Assembly: GCA_964555385.1 (NCBI GenBank)
Contig: CAZKSP010000002.1
Span: 1-40,620 of the forward strand
Origin: an uncultured Chitinophagaceae bacterium
Lineage (GTDB): Bacteria; Planctomycetota; Planctomycetia; Pirellulales; UBA1268
DNA: 40,620 bases
Direction of reading: 5' to 3'
Shown: positions 1-13,096 of the stretch, in pieces
Layout of the letters: each line of letters opens with the position of its first letter
Position numbering within the stretch: the first letter of the stretch is position 1
Notes under the pieces: model-generated
Databases searched by the model: none
Seen by the model: the letters and a program-made list of their open reading frames with translations, nothing else
What the model was told of the DNA's origin: nothing
Program-made: the position numbers and the translations under genes

Positions 1-3954
<3,954 letters not shown>

Positions 3955-4123
3955 GGCGAAATCTTCGGAGGAGTTCATTCGGGCTTGTTGAGAATGGGGC
4001 TTCAGTTGGTTTGTGATCTGATCAATCTGATTGTTTGAAAGGTGAGAGGCGAGCAGTGAGGCCAAGAGGACCGATGCTGTCGGCAGCGGCTGTTTGACCA
4101 ATGCCTACGCTGGCGACGGTTGG

Positions 4124-5077
4124 TCAGGCAGTGCCGACAACGGCAAGTTCGGCGGCAGTTCGGGGCGGCCGTTTTCTGGGGACGGCGACCGTGTCCCGGG
4201 CATGACCTCTGAGCAAATCGACAAATCGTTTGACTGTCGGTGACTGGGGTTTGCCGCGGCCGCGAATAATGCCCAGTGGCCGAGCCAATGGATTCCCTGT
4301 CAGCGGCAGGCTGGCCAGGCTGCCACTTGCCACCTCGCGGGCAACCGTGGGCTCGGGTAGCAAAGCCATACCGGTGTCGATTTCAACCGCCCGCTTGATC
4401 GTTTCGACGTTGTCAAACTCCATTACCACGGTCGGCTCAGCGCCCGCTGACTCAATCGCCCGATCGATCTCGTGCCGAATGACCAGGTCGGGGTCAAATC
4501 CAACAAGCCTTTGGCCATGGAGTTCTGCTAACGAGATTTCATCTCGGAAGGCGAACGGGTGCTGCGGACCGCAGACCAGAACGATTGGTTCCTCCCGCCA
4601 GGCTTCGGCTTCAACTGCTCTGGTGCTGCGGGGATAGCTGATGATGCCCACGTCAGCCTGGTCATTTTCGATCGCCTCCCGGACCCGTTGCGGGTGGAGG
4701 TACTCCAACCGGACATTCGCCTTGGGGTGTCGGGCCATGAACTCCTGCACATATTCGCTCATCTGGTGCAGGCCGACGGAATAGATGGCCGCCACCCGTA
4801 CCCGGCCGGCGACATCTTCGTGCAGAGACCGAACCTCATCTTCGAGGGCGTCGTAGCGGGCAACAAGTTTTCGACAGCCCTCAAAAAAGACCCGGCCCTC
4901 TTGAGTTGGGACGAGAGGCCGTTTCGACCGCTCGATCAGTTGAACGCCGAGCCTGCTCTCAAGCTGCCCGACCACCTGGCTGGCCCCAGACTGCGAAATG
5001 CCATTATCTTCAGCCGCGCGGGAAAAGCTCCGCCGAGCGACGATATCGCAGAAGATCTTCAGGCTTTTCAGATTCAT
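4124..5077 (-). CDS. LysR-family transcriptional regulator, upstream of and co-directional with gltB
   Basis: 317-aa ORF with an ATG start. N-terminal HTH: LKIFCDIVARRSFSRAAEDNGISQSGASQVVGQLESRLGVQLIERSKR. The C-terminal substrate-binding domain has typical LTTR length. Confidence 0.9.
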   Translation of the reverse strand: MNLKSLKIFCDIVARRSFSRAAEDNGISQSGASQVVGQLESRLGVQLIERSKRPLVPTQEGRVFFEGCRKLVARYDALEDEVRSLHEDVAGRVRVAAIYSVGLHQMSEYVQEFMARHPKANVRLEYLHPQRVREAIENDQADVGIISYPRSTRAVEAEAWREEPIVLVCGPQHPFAFRDEISLAELHGQRLVGFDPDLVIRHEIDRAIESAGAEPTVVMEFDNVETIKRAVEIDTGMALLPEPTVAREVASGSLASLPLTGNPLARPLGIIRGRGKPQSPTVKRFVDLLRGHARDTVAVPRKRPPRTAAELAVVGTA

Positions 5078-5220
5078 GCCGGTCCATCCACCAAGTCGTG
5101 CAGGGGAATCCTCATTCCTGGTGCACTACGTCGATCACCGTCGGGCACCGCCCTCCTTGGCTGGGTCGGCTCAGGACTCGCCCTTCGGCACGCCACCGAG
5201 CTAGCTCAGTATCCAAAAAA

Positions 5221-5246
5221 CGAATAGTGCCACCTTGCACTATTCG
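5221..5246. promoter_or_regulatory. Perfect 10-bp inverted repeat with a 6-nt spacer (CGAATAGTGC-cacctt-GCACTATTCG). Operator candidate, or a minus-strand intrinsic terminator (T6 at 5220-5215 on the minus strand).
   Basis: Read directly from the sequence. It lies between the divergent LysR gene (start 5077) and the 5314 ORF, and A6 precedes it on the plus strand. Confidence 0.4.
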
Positions 5247-5313
5247 AGAAACCAATGCAGCCTATCGGCTTTCGTGATCTGGTCAAGATGGCTCACCTGG
5301 GATTCTTATTCGA

Positions 5314-5913
5314 ATGACAGCCCAATCATTGCACCCGGCCGACCGGCTGCCGTCAGAAATTGCCCATTTGCTCAGACCGGAACTACCGCCGCTCGGCCCG
5401 GGGCGTCCGCAGCAGGCCCTTGCTGGTTCGCTGCAGGAGGCAGATCCCAACGGGTGGAAGCGTCGAGCCGGTGCCTTGTCGGCCGATGCAGCGGCATGCT
5501 GTATGGCTGGACTCTGGCTCTGGAACGGTTTTCTGGAAGATTCCCACAGCCTTAGTCAGTCCATCCACACTCCCGAGGGCAGCTGGTGGCACGGGATCAT
5601 GCACCGCCGCGAGCCTGACCCAGGCAATGCGTCGTACTGGTTTCGGCGAGTGGGCGACCACCCGCTGGCAGGCCCGCTGGCAGACGGGGTACGCGGGCAG
5701 CTTGCCGGTCGCGATGTCCCGGTGGCCGCCAGCTGGCTCCAGACCGCCGACCGCTGGGACGCTTTCCGGTTCATCGACCTTTGTGAGCAGGCCCGGGGCC
5801 GCGGTGGCCTGCTCGAGCAGCTGATCCGAGAGGTTGCAGCAATCGAGTGGTACGTCCTCTTCGACTTCTGCCGCGACGCCGACGATCCCTACTCCTTCAC
5901 CCGCTCCAAATAG
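5314..5913 (+). CDS. Conserved hypothetical protein, 199 aa
   Basis: ATG-initiated ORF. It contains a motif that looks conserved, WWHGIMHRREPDPGNASYWFRRVG. No family name recognised with certainty. The 3' end overlaps the efp 3' end by 25 nt (convergent). Confidence 0.6.
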   Translation: MTAQSLHPADRLPSEIAHLLRPELPPLGPGRPQQALAGSLQEADPNGWKRRAGALSADAAACCMAGLWLWNGFLEDSHSLSQSIHTPEGSWWHGIMHRREPDPGNASYWFRRVGDHPLAGPLADGVRGQLAGRDVPVAASWLQTADRWDAFRFIDLCEQARGRGGLLEQLIREVAAIEWYVLFDFCRDADDPYSFTRSK

Positions 5914-6458
5914 TCGCCGGTGCGGGTGTCGACCTTGACTGATTCGCCCTGTTCGATGAAAGCCGGCACCATGATTTCAGCACCCGTTTCAAGTTTGACC
6001 GGCTTGGTGAGGTTCGTGGCAGTGTTGCCCCGAACGGCCGGCTCGGCATACTCCACCTTCAGCACCATGTGCTGGGGCGGTTCCATCGAGATCGGATTGC
6101 CGTTGTAGAGCAGCATTGAGCAGACGGTGCCTTCTTTCAGCCATTTCCAGGCATCGTCAACCTGCTCGGTCGAGAGTTCGTACTGCTCGTAGTTGTCATT
6201 GTCCATGAAGACGTACTGTTCACCCTGCTTGTAGAGAAACTGGGCGTCGATTGTCGTAATGTCGGCCGCGTCGAGCGAATCACCGCTTTTGTAGGTGCGG
6301 TCGAGAACCGTTCCCCGCAGTAGGTTTCTTAGTTTGCACTTGTAGAGGGCCTGCCCCTTGCCCGGCTTGACGAAGTTGCACTCGATCATGATGTAGGGGT
6401 CGCCGTCGATCTGGACTTTGAGCCCCTTGCGAAACTCACTGGTGTTATAGGCAGGCAT
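5889..6458 (-). CDS. efp: Translation elongation factor P
   Basis: 189 aa, beginning MPAYNTSEFRKGLKVQIDGDPYIMIECNFVKPGKGQA, with the modifiable Lys at position 34 in the PGKGQA loop. Typical three-domain length. Confidence 0.95.
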   Translation of the reverse strand: MPAYNTSEFRKGLKVQIDGDPYIMIECNFVKPGKGQALYKCKLRNLLRGTVLDRTYKSGDSLDAADITTIDAQFLYKQGEQYVFMDNDNYEQYELSTEQVDDAWKWLKEGTVCSMLLYNGNPISMEPPQHMVLKVEYAEPAVRGNTATNLTKPVKLETGAEIMVPAFIEQGESVKVDTRTGDYLERVKE

Positions 6459-6607
6459 CAGACTGGTACTTTCCTAGAGGACGTGAGGGCCGGGAATCGC
6501 CCGGGCTCGGCCGCCCAGTGGCGGCAAGTCAGCCAACGGGCGACCGCACAAGCCTGTCGATAGCACGCCAGCCTGTCAACGCTGCGGAAGTGGACGCGTT
6601 CTGGGCT

Positions 6608-7642
6608 ATGATCAAAGTGATGCCAGTCAGCAATCCCCCACCGTCAACCATCAGAGCTGCTGCCAGTGCCTGCTGGAAGCGGGAACTGGCTGAGGCCGTC
6701 CGTGATCCGGCCGAACTCTGCCGGCTGCTCGATCTGGACCCGACGCTTGCCGGCCCTGCCGCTGTCGCTGGCAGCAGCTTTCCGTTGCTTGTGCCCCGGG
6801 GCTTCATTGCCCGAATGAAACCGGGAGATCCCGGCGACCCGCTGCTGTTGCAGGTATTACCCCGCGCAGAGGAGTGTGAGGAGGTTGTTGGCTTTTCGGC
6901 TGACCCGCTGGCCGAACAGGGGGCACGGCGGGTCGGCGGGCTGATTCAGAAATACGCCGGGCGGGCATTGCTGCTGCTTACCGGCGGCTGCGCCGTCAAT
7001 TGCCGCTACTGCTTTCGTCGTGAATTTCCCTATGCAGCGAGCGGCGCGACGCCGGCCGGCCTCCAAGCAGCCCTGCAAGAGCTGGCCACCGACCCGAGTA
7101 TTCACGAAGTGATCCTGTCCGGGGGGGATCCACTTTTGTTCGATGACCGCCAGTTGGATCAGCTCGTCGTGGCTCTCGGAGCCATCCCTCACGTCCGCCG
7201 GCTGCGGATTCACTCCCGGCTGCCCGTGGTGCTGCCAGCCCGGGTGACGGAAGATCTGACGGCTCTGTTGGCCGCAAGCCGGCTAGCCGTCAGTCTGGTC
7301 ATCCACGCCAACCATGCAGCCGAATTGGACAGCACGGTGGCTGAGGGCCTGGCTCGGCTGACCGCTGGTGTGCCATTGCGGTTTAACCAAGCGGTTCTGC
7401 TACGGGGCGTGAACGACGATGCTGCCGTTTTGGCTGCTCTCTCGGAGCGGCTCATCGACCTGGGTGTTGCGCCATATTATCTGCACCTTCTCGATCCAGT
7501 GCGGGGGGCGGCCGCTTTCGCGGTGTCCGAGGCCCGGGGGCGAGAACTTCTCGACCAGTTGCGGCGGCGGCTGCCGGGCTATGCCGTGCCCCGGCTGGCC
7601 AGAGAGCTGCCTGGGGAGCCTTCCAAAGTCTGGATTGCCTGA
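6608..7642 (+). CDS. epmB: EF-P beta-lysylation protein EpmB (lysine 2,3-aminomutase-like radical SAM enzyme)
   Basis: Radical SAM motif CAVNCRYCFRR. Flanking sequence PLLLQVLPRAEE....DPLAEQ....LIQKYAGRALLLLTGGC matches the YjeK/EpmB pattern. Divergent from efp. The track ORF starts at GTG 6518; I prefer ATG 6608 (or 6620) from alignment by eye to the EpmB N-terminus, so the start is uncertain. Confidence 0.85.
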   Translation: MIKVMPVSNPPPSTIRAAASACWKRELAEAVRDPAELCRLLDLDPTLAGPAAVAGSSFPLLVPRGFIARMKPGDPGDPLLLQVLPRAEECEEVVGFSADPLAEQGARRVGGLIQKYAGRALLLLTGGCAVNCRYCFRREFPYAASGATPAGLQAALQELATDPSIHEVILSGGDPLLFDDRQLDQLVVALGAIPHVRRLRIHSRLPVVLPARVTEDLTALLAASRLAVSLVIHANHAAELDSTVAEGLARLTAGVPLRFNQAVLLRGVNDDAAVLAALSERLIDLGVAPYYLHLLDPVRGAAAFAVSEARGRELLDQLRRRLPGYAVPRLARELPGEPSKVWIA

Positions 7643-7746
7643 GACATGCAATAATGGAAATGTTGGCACGGGAACTGGGCCTTTCCTGAGCCAGGAATCG
7701 AGGCTGTGACCACCGACTCAAAAATGTTTCTCAAGCTGGAGTTGTC

Positions 7747-8646
7747 ATGAAAGTTTTGATTGGCGTCGACGGATCGCCCCTGTCGCTTGATGCGGTGCGA
7801 ATGGTGGCGCGGCTGATCGACCCCAACCGGGATGAGGTGGCGATTTACTTTTCACCAACTGAGCTTGAGCGTCGGCTCCCCGGGCAGTCGGCCACGGTCG
7901 TGCGGGGTGCTGCCGCTGCCCTGTTCGCTGAGTCACGGGTGCTGCTGCCGACAGAATTTGCAAAGCCGCCGGAGATGATCACGTCATCGGCGTCGGCCGC
8001 TGTCGGTATTCTGGAATCGGCCTCGGGCTGGCAGGCTGATCTGGTCGCCGTTGGTGCCCGTGGGCATGGATCGATCGAGCGATTTTTGCTTGGAAGCGTT
8101 TCTCGGGCCGTGTTGCACGGGGCTCATCTGCCGGTGCTTATTGTTCGGGGTAGTCCACCGGAGGATCGGGGGCCGCAGGTGCTTGCCTGTCACCATCCCG
8201 CTTCTGCCGGCGTGGTGTCGGCCACCCTCAACAGCCTGCACTGGCCGGCTGAAACCCGGGGTGGCGTCATCGGAGTCAGCGAGTCGATGCTGGCCGGTCC
8301 ACTGCCGGGATGGCTGGAAAAGCGGGCTCGGGATCCGGACACGGCAGCCATTGCTGAGGCTTGGCGGCAGGAGCATGACAGTGAAGTCGAGGCGCTAGCG
8401 GGCCAGTTGCAGCAATTCCAGGCTGGTCTGCCATCGGGTTTCCAGGGGCAACCCCCGATCGTCGTCGAGGGTAACCCCGGAGAACGGATCCTTGAACAGG
8501 CGAAGACCGACCACGCTGATTTGATCGTGATCGGCCGCACTCCGACTGATGCCTTCACCCGCTGGCTTCTCGGCAGTACGTCCGAGGCAGTGCTGGCGCA
8601 TGCAGCCGCCAGCGTGTTGGTTGTCCCGGTGGAGAAACAGGGATAG
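7747..8646 (+). CDS. Universal stress protein with tandem UspA domains
   Basis: 299 aa with two repeats of the Usp signature: ADLVAVGARGHGSIERFLLGSVSRAVLHGAHLPVLIV and ADLIVIGRTPTDAFTRWLLGSTSEAVLAHAAASVLVVP. Confidence 0.85.
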   Translation: MKVLIGVDGSPLSLDAVRMVARLIDPNRDEVAIYFSPTELERRLPGQSATVVRGAAAALFAESRVLLPTEFAKPPEMITSSASAAVGILESASGWQADLVAVGARGHGSIERFLLGSVSRAVLHGAHLPVLIVRGSPPEDRGPQVLACHHPASAGVVSATLNSLHWPAETRGGVIGVSESMLAGPLPGWLEKRARDPDTAAIAEAWRQEHDSEVEALAGQLQQFQAGLPSGFQGQPPIVVEGNPGERILEQAKTDHADLIVIGRTPTDAFTRWLLGSTSEAVLAHAAASVLVVPVEKQG

Positions 8647-8690
8647 CGGGATTGGCCGTGCTGAGGGGAAGGCCGCAGCAGGCCAACGCC

Positions 8691-9755
8691 TCACTTCAAC
8701 TTGCTGTGCGCCTCCCGAAGCAGGGCCTCGGTCTCCTCCCATCCGATACAGGCGTCGGTGACCGAGACCCCATGGGCCAATGCCGAGCGATCGCTGCTGA
8801 CCGCCTGCTTCCCCTCGCACAGATTGCTCTCGAGCATCAGCCCGACAATTGACCGGTCGCCTGCGGCCCGCTGCTCGATCACATCCCGCCAGACAATCGA
8901 CTGCCGCCGGTGATCCTTGCCGGAGTTTGCGTGGCTGCAATCGATGATCATTCGTGGCGGCAAACCAGACTGCTCCAGTTTAACGCGAGCGTCTGCAAGC
9001 ATTGCGGCAGAGTAGTTGGTGCCGTCGCGGCCCCCACGCAACATCAACACGCCCCAGGGATTGCCCGTGGTTGAAACCACACAGGTGCCTCCGCCATTGT
9101 CGATACCCAGGAACGAGTGAGGCGTGCGAGCGGCGTGCATCGCATCGATGGCGGCCTGCAAAGAGCCGTCGGTCGAGTTCTTGAAGCCGACCGGCATCGA
9201 CAGGCCACTGGCCATCTGCCGGTGGGTTGGAGATTCGGTCGTCCGGGCGCCGATCGCCCCGAGCACAATGGTGTCGGCGATGTACTGCGGGGTGATTGGC
9301 TCCAAAAATTCAGTCGCAGCCGGCAGCCCCATTCCGGCGATTTCAATCAGCAGGCTACGGGCCAGCCGCAGGCCGGTCGCGACGTCAAACGAGTCATCCA
9401 GGTGTGGATCGTTGATCAGTCCCTTCCAGCCCACGGTCGTACGTGGCTTTTCAAAATAAACCCGCATAACCACCAGAATCCGGTCGGCGAGTTCCTTGGT
9501 CAACTTGGCCAGTAGCCCGGCATATTCGCGAGCGGCGTCGATGTCATGGATCGAGCATGGCCCAACAACGGCCAGCAGCCGCTCATCCTCGCCGGTGAGA
9601 ACCTGTTCTACAGCCTGCCGCCCAGCCAAAACGGTTTCGGTGGCGGCCGGAGAAAGCGGCAGGGTTGAGACCAGCCGGGCTGGAGGCACGAGAGGGTCGA
9701 GACTCCGAATCCTGAGGTTGGCAGTGGCAGCGGGAGCAGGGACGGGAATTTCCAT
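8691..9755 (-). CDS. aroG: 3-deoxy-7-phosphoheptulonate (DAHP) synthase, class I; the AroF/G/H feedback class cannot be determined from sequence
   Basis: 354 aa. Motifs VYFEKPRTTVGWKGLINDP and IIDCSHANSGKDH. ATG start at 9755. Confidence 0.92.
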   Translation of the reverse strand: MEIPVPAPAATANLRIRSLDPLVPPARLVSTLPLSPAATETVLAGRQAVEQVLTGEDERLLAVVGPCSIHDIDAAREYAGLLAKLTKELADRILVVMRVYFEKPRTTVGWKGLINDPHLDDSFDVATGLRLARSLLIEIAGMGLPAATEFLEPITPQYIADTIVLGAIGARTTESPTHRQMASGLSMPVGFKNSTDGSLQAAIDAMHAARTPHSFLGIDNGGGTCVVSTTGNPWGVLMLRGGRDGTNYSAAMLADARVKLEQSGLPPRMIIDCSHANSGKDHRRQSIVWRDVIEQRAAGDRSIVGLMLESNLCEGKQAVSSDRSALAHGVSVTDACIGWEETEALLREAHSKLK

Positions 9756-9900
9756 GAAGGTACTCTACACCCAAGGTTTCGCCCGCCAAAGCCCGGGGGA
9801 CATTTGACCGAGTGCAGACCGACTTGGTTCAATCGGCAAAGGAAGCGGCCAGTCTGAGGTTGCGACCGTACTCAACACACGGCCGGAGGAATCGCCCCAC

Positions 9901-11532
9901 GTGACCAAGCACATTTTCGTGACCGGAGGGGTCGTCAGTTCACTTGGCAAGGGGCTTACCAGTGCCTCAATCGCCATGCTGCTCGAGGCGAGAGGGCTGC
10001 GGGTGAAACTGCAGAAACTCGACCCCTACATCAATGTCGATCCCGGCACGATGAGCCCCTATCAGCACGGTGAGGTCTATGTGCTCGACGATGGCAGCGA
10101 GACCGATCTCGACCTCGGCCACTACGAACGGTTTACCACGACCCATCTCACCCGTCAGAGTAACTACACGACTGGCCAGATCTACCTGTCGGTCATCAAC
10201 AAGGAGCGGCGGGGAGAGTTCCTTGGCAATACCGTTCAGGTGATTCCCCACATCACCAATGAGATCAAGGACGTTGTCACCCAACTGGCTGATGCCGAGA
10301 CCGATATTGTCATGACCGAAATCGGGGGCACGGTAGGCGACATTGAAAGCCTGCCATTCCTCGAGGCCATCCGGCAGATTCCCCTTGAGGTTGGCCGGGA
10401 GAATTGCATCTTCATCCACCTGACGCTTGTGCCTTACCTGAAGGCCGCGGGAGAACTGAAGACCAAGCCGACTCAACACTCGGTTGGCATCCTCCGGCAA
10501 ATCGGCATACAGCCCGACATTCTCGTCTGCCGGACCGAACGCGCCCTCGATACTGGTGACCGTGAGAAGATTGCCCTGTTCTGCAATGTGCCGCTCGACT
10601 CGGTCATCGAAGAACGGGACAAAGACTTTTCAATTTATGAGGTCCCGCTGTCGTTGCAGGCCAACCGGATTGATGACCTGATTCTGAAACGGTTCGGGCT
10701 TCCAGCAGCAGCAGCCGATCTCGACGACTGGCACGATATTCTTCATCGGCTACGGAATCCCGAGCATGAGGTGTCGATTGCGCTGGTCGGCAAATATGCA
10801 GAACATCGCGATGCCTATAAAAGCATCTACGAGGCCCTCGATCACGGTGGCATTGCCAACCATACCCAGGTGCGTGTGCAGGCGATCAAGAGTGAAACGA
10901 TTGAGCAGGAGGGGGCTGAGCGGATGCTGGCCGGCTTCGACGGTCTGATCGTGCCCGGTGGATTCGGCGAGCGAGGGGTGGAAGGCAAGGTGCAGGCGAT
11001 TCGTTATGCCCGCGAACGCAAACTCCCTTTCCTGGGCATCTGTTTGGGCATGCAGTGTGCCGTGATTGACTTTGCCAGGCATGCTGCCGGCTTGGTTGAT
11101 GCCCACTCGACGGAATTCTTTCGCGACACGCCGCACCCGGTCATCTGCCTGATGGAAGAGCAGGAGGGCGTGACCGACAAGGGGGGCACCATGCGGCTGG
11201 GGAGCCAGCCGGCGGTTCTTGCCCCCGGCAGCCGGTCTGCGGCAGCTTACGGTTGTGGCGAAGTGGCTGAGCGGCACCGGCACCGCTATGAGTTTAACGG
11301 TGGTTACCGCCAGCAGCTTGAAGCAGCGGGCCTGGTCATCGCCGGGACCAGCCCAGATGACAGCCTGGTCGAGATTGTCGAATTGCCCGAGCACAGACAC
11401 CCCTGGTTCGTGGCGGTGCAGTTTCATCCCGAGTTCAAGAGCAAGCCGACCGCCGCCCACCCGTTGTTTGCCGGCCTCGTCGAAGCGGCTGTGTCCCACC
11501 ACGTCGCTGGCAAGTCGGCAGCGGCTCCATAG
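9901..11532 (+). CDS. pyrG: CTP synthase
   Basis: 543 aa with a GTG start. Begins [17 protein letters not shown]. Glutaminase active-site motif LGICLGMQ. C-terminal motif QFHPEF. Confidence 0.96.
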   Translation: MTKHIFVTGGVVSSLGKGLTSASIAMLLEARGLRVKLQKLDPYINVDPGTMSPYQHGEVYVLDDGSETDLDLGHYERFTTTHLTRQSNYTTGQIYLSVINKERRGEFLGNTVQVIPHITNEIKDVVTQLADAETDIVMTEIGGTVGDIESLPFLEAIRQIPLEVGRENCIFIHLTLVPYLKAAGELKTKPTQHSVGILRQIGIQPDILVCRTERALDTGDREKIALFCNVPLDSVIEERDKDFSIYEVPLSLQANRIDDLILKRFGLPAAAADLDDWHDILHRLRNPEHEVSIALVGKYAEHRDAYKSIYEALDHGGIANHTQVRVQAIKSETIEQEGAERMLAGFDGLIVPGGFGERGVEGKVQAIRYARERKLPFLGICLGMQCAVIDFARHAAGLVDAHSTEFFRDTPHPVICLMEEQEGVTDKGGTMRLGSQPAVLAPGSRSAAAYGCGEVAERHRHRYEFNGGYRQQLEAAGLVIAGTSPDDSLVEIVELPEHRHPWFVAVQFHPEFKSKPTAAHPLFAGLVEAAVSHHVAGKSAAAP

Positions 11533-11573
11533 GCCTGCTTTCCGTCACCCCTCAAACACTGCGGAGATTCCAC

Positions 11574-11918
11574 ATGACTGACACGCCCGACATTTCTGCT
11601 GGCACAGCACCGCTGAAGCCACCACCAGCCACGTTTGAATTTCTGGTTCAGACGCTCTTCACGCAGGCCTTGATGGCCTTTGGTCGCGTGCCAAACCCGA
11701 TCACTCAGCAGTCGCTCAAAAATCTTGATACAGCCAGGCACTTTATTGACACCCTCGAGATGCTTGAAAAGAAGACGGCTGGCAACCTTGAGCAGGACGA
11801 ACAGCGGCTGCTGGATGAGGTTCTGCACCAGCTGCGGATGAGCTACATGCAGGAGCAAGCTGCATCGCGTCCGGATGGGCAACCTCTGCCAGGGAGCGGG
11901 ACGGAGGCAGAGGCATGA
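11574..11918 (+). CDS. DUF1844 domain-containing protein
   Basis: 114 aa. FEFLVQTLFTQALMAFGRVPNPITQQSLKNLDTARHFIDTLEMLEKKTAGNL matches the DUF1844 pattern as I remember it. GGAG sits 8 nt before the ATG. Confidence 0.75.
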   Translation: MTDTPDISAGTAPLKPPPATFEFLVQTLFTQALMAFGRVPNPITQQSLKNLDTARHFIDTLEMLEKKTAGNLEQDEQRLLDEVLHQLRMSYMQEQAASRPDGQPLPGSGTEAEA

Positions 11919-11973
11919 GTGGAAGGCCGGCGAGTGAACGTGTTTGGTTGTGGTTACTCGTGGGAGCCGTTAG

Positions 11974-12858
11974 ATGACTGCTCGCCGTCTGGATGGCCGT
12001 GAGCTGGCCAGCAGGATTGAGGTTGACCTGGCTGGGCGCGTAGCGAGCTTTATGCAATCGGCAGGACGGCCGCCCCGACTGGTGGTGGTGCTAGTCGGCG
12101 ATGTGGCTGCCAGCGCTTCCTACGTGAAGAGCAAGGCGGCGGCGGCCGGGCGGGTTGGGATTGATGCCGAGGTGATTGCCGTTCCGGCTTCAGTCACCAC
12201 TGCTCAACTGGTCAATCTCGTGGCAGCGATCGGCCGTGATGAACGGGGGCCGGCTGATGGCATCTTGGTGCAGTTGCCACTTCCCGGTCATGTCAACGCG
12301 GTTGCCGTGCTCGATGCGGTGCCGCCAGCCCAGGACGTCGACGGGTTTCATCCAGAAAATGCTGGGCTCTTGTCGCAGGGGCGACCGCGGTTCATTCCCT
12401 GCACAGCGGCTGGCGTTCAGCGGATGCTGATCGATGCCGAAATCGAGACGGCGGGCCGTCACGCCGTGATCGTCGGCCGCAGCGATATCGTTGGCAAGCC
12501 GCTGGCTCTCTTGTTGGCTGGGCGAGGTCCCGGTGGTGATGCCACTGTCACCCTTTGCCACAGCCGCAGCGGCGATCTGGCAACCTGGACGCGGCAGGCT
12601 GACATTCTCGTAGCCGCAGTTGGTCGGCCCCGGCTGATTACGGCCGACATGGTTAAGCCGGGAGCGGTGGTGATCGATGTCGGCATTAATCGGATCGAAG
12701 AGCAGGGCCGCAGCCGGCTGGTCGGGGATGTTGACCATGATGCCGTAGCAGACGTTGCCGGGGCCCTCTCGCCCGTGCCAGGGGGCGTTGGCCCTCTTAC
12801 GGTGGCGATGTTGCTGGAGAACACGCTCCAGGCAGCTTTGGCCCGCAACAGCCGCTGA
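11974..12858 (+). CDS. folD: Bifunctional methylenetetrahydrofolate dehydrogenase / methenyl-THF cyclohydrolase
   Basis: 294 aa. Motifs LVGDVAASASYVKSK, ILVQLPLP, GRSDIVGKPLALLL and PVPGGVGPLTVAMLL. Confidence 0.95.
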   Translation: MTARRLDGRELASRIEVDLAGRVASFMQSAGRPPRLVVVLVGDVAASASYVKSKAAAAGRVGIDAEVIAVPASVTTAQLVNLVAAIGRDERGPADGILVQLPLPGHVNAVAVLDAVPPAQDVDGFHPENAGLLSQGRPRFIPCTAAGVQRMLIDAEIETAGRHAVIVGRSDIVGKPLALLLAGRGPGGDATVTLCHSRSGDLATWTRQADILVAAVGRPRLITADMVKPGAVVIDVGINRIEEQGRSRLVGDVDHDAVADVAGALSPVPGGVGPLTVAMLLENTLQAALARNSR

Positions 12859-13049
12859 AACCCGCCTGTTTCTGCCTTGTCCCGTCGGTTGCCTCGGGAC
12901 TACCCTCCGCTCCTGGTGCGAGGTAAATGCCGCCCAGCGGTAGCTGCCCGCGCAGTCCCCCCAGCTTTCGTGGGTGTCGTAAACGTCACGGCTGTTTCGG
13001 TTCGGTACACCATGCCCGACGATGTCCGATTGAACCAAATGTAGTCGTC

Positions 13050-13076
13050 GCCAGCGTTGACCGTTGGCAGTTTTTT
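13050..13076 (+). terminator. Possible intrinsic terminator or attenuator hairpin (GCCAGCG-ttgac-CGTTGGC, one G-U pair) followed by AG and T6
   Basis: Read from the sequence. It lies 192 nt after the folD stop and only 20 nt before the ABC exporter ATG. The stem is short. Confidence 0.35.
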
Positions 13077-13096
13077 CGCAGTCCTCAGACATCAGT

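Noticed and set aside
7664-7679. Sigma54-like TGGCACGGGAACTGGG upstream of the USP gene, and TGGCAGCCATGGGTTGCCA at 17674-17692
   Set aside because: The first lacks the GC of the -12 element at the required spacing (CTGG instead of TTGC). The second has GG and GC separated by 12 rather than 10 nt.
12190-13092. 300-aa minus-strand ORF antisense to folD. Similar long antisense ORFs occur at 151-771, 4559-5227, 8395-8940, 10750-11502, 14420-15241, 30326-31021 and 36402-37121.
   Set aside because: Each lies opposite a gene with unmistakable conserved motifs. Their translations are Arg/Pro/Gly/Ser-rich with no recognisable motifs. Long shadow ORFs are expected at this GC content.
12859-13096. ZTP or THF riboswitch next to folD
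   Set aside because: The region lies downstream of folD, not upstream. I could not find the conserved ZTP cores (GGGTCGTGAC...CCGCCTGGGCA) or THF-like elements by eye; only a short CCGCCTG coincidence is present. Rfam confirmation is still needed.
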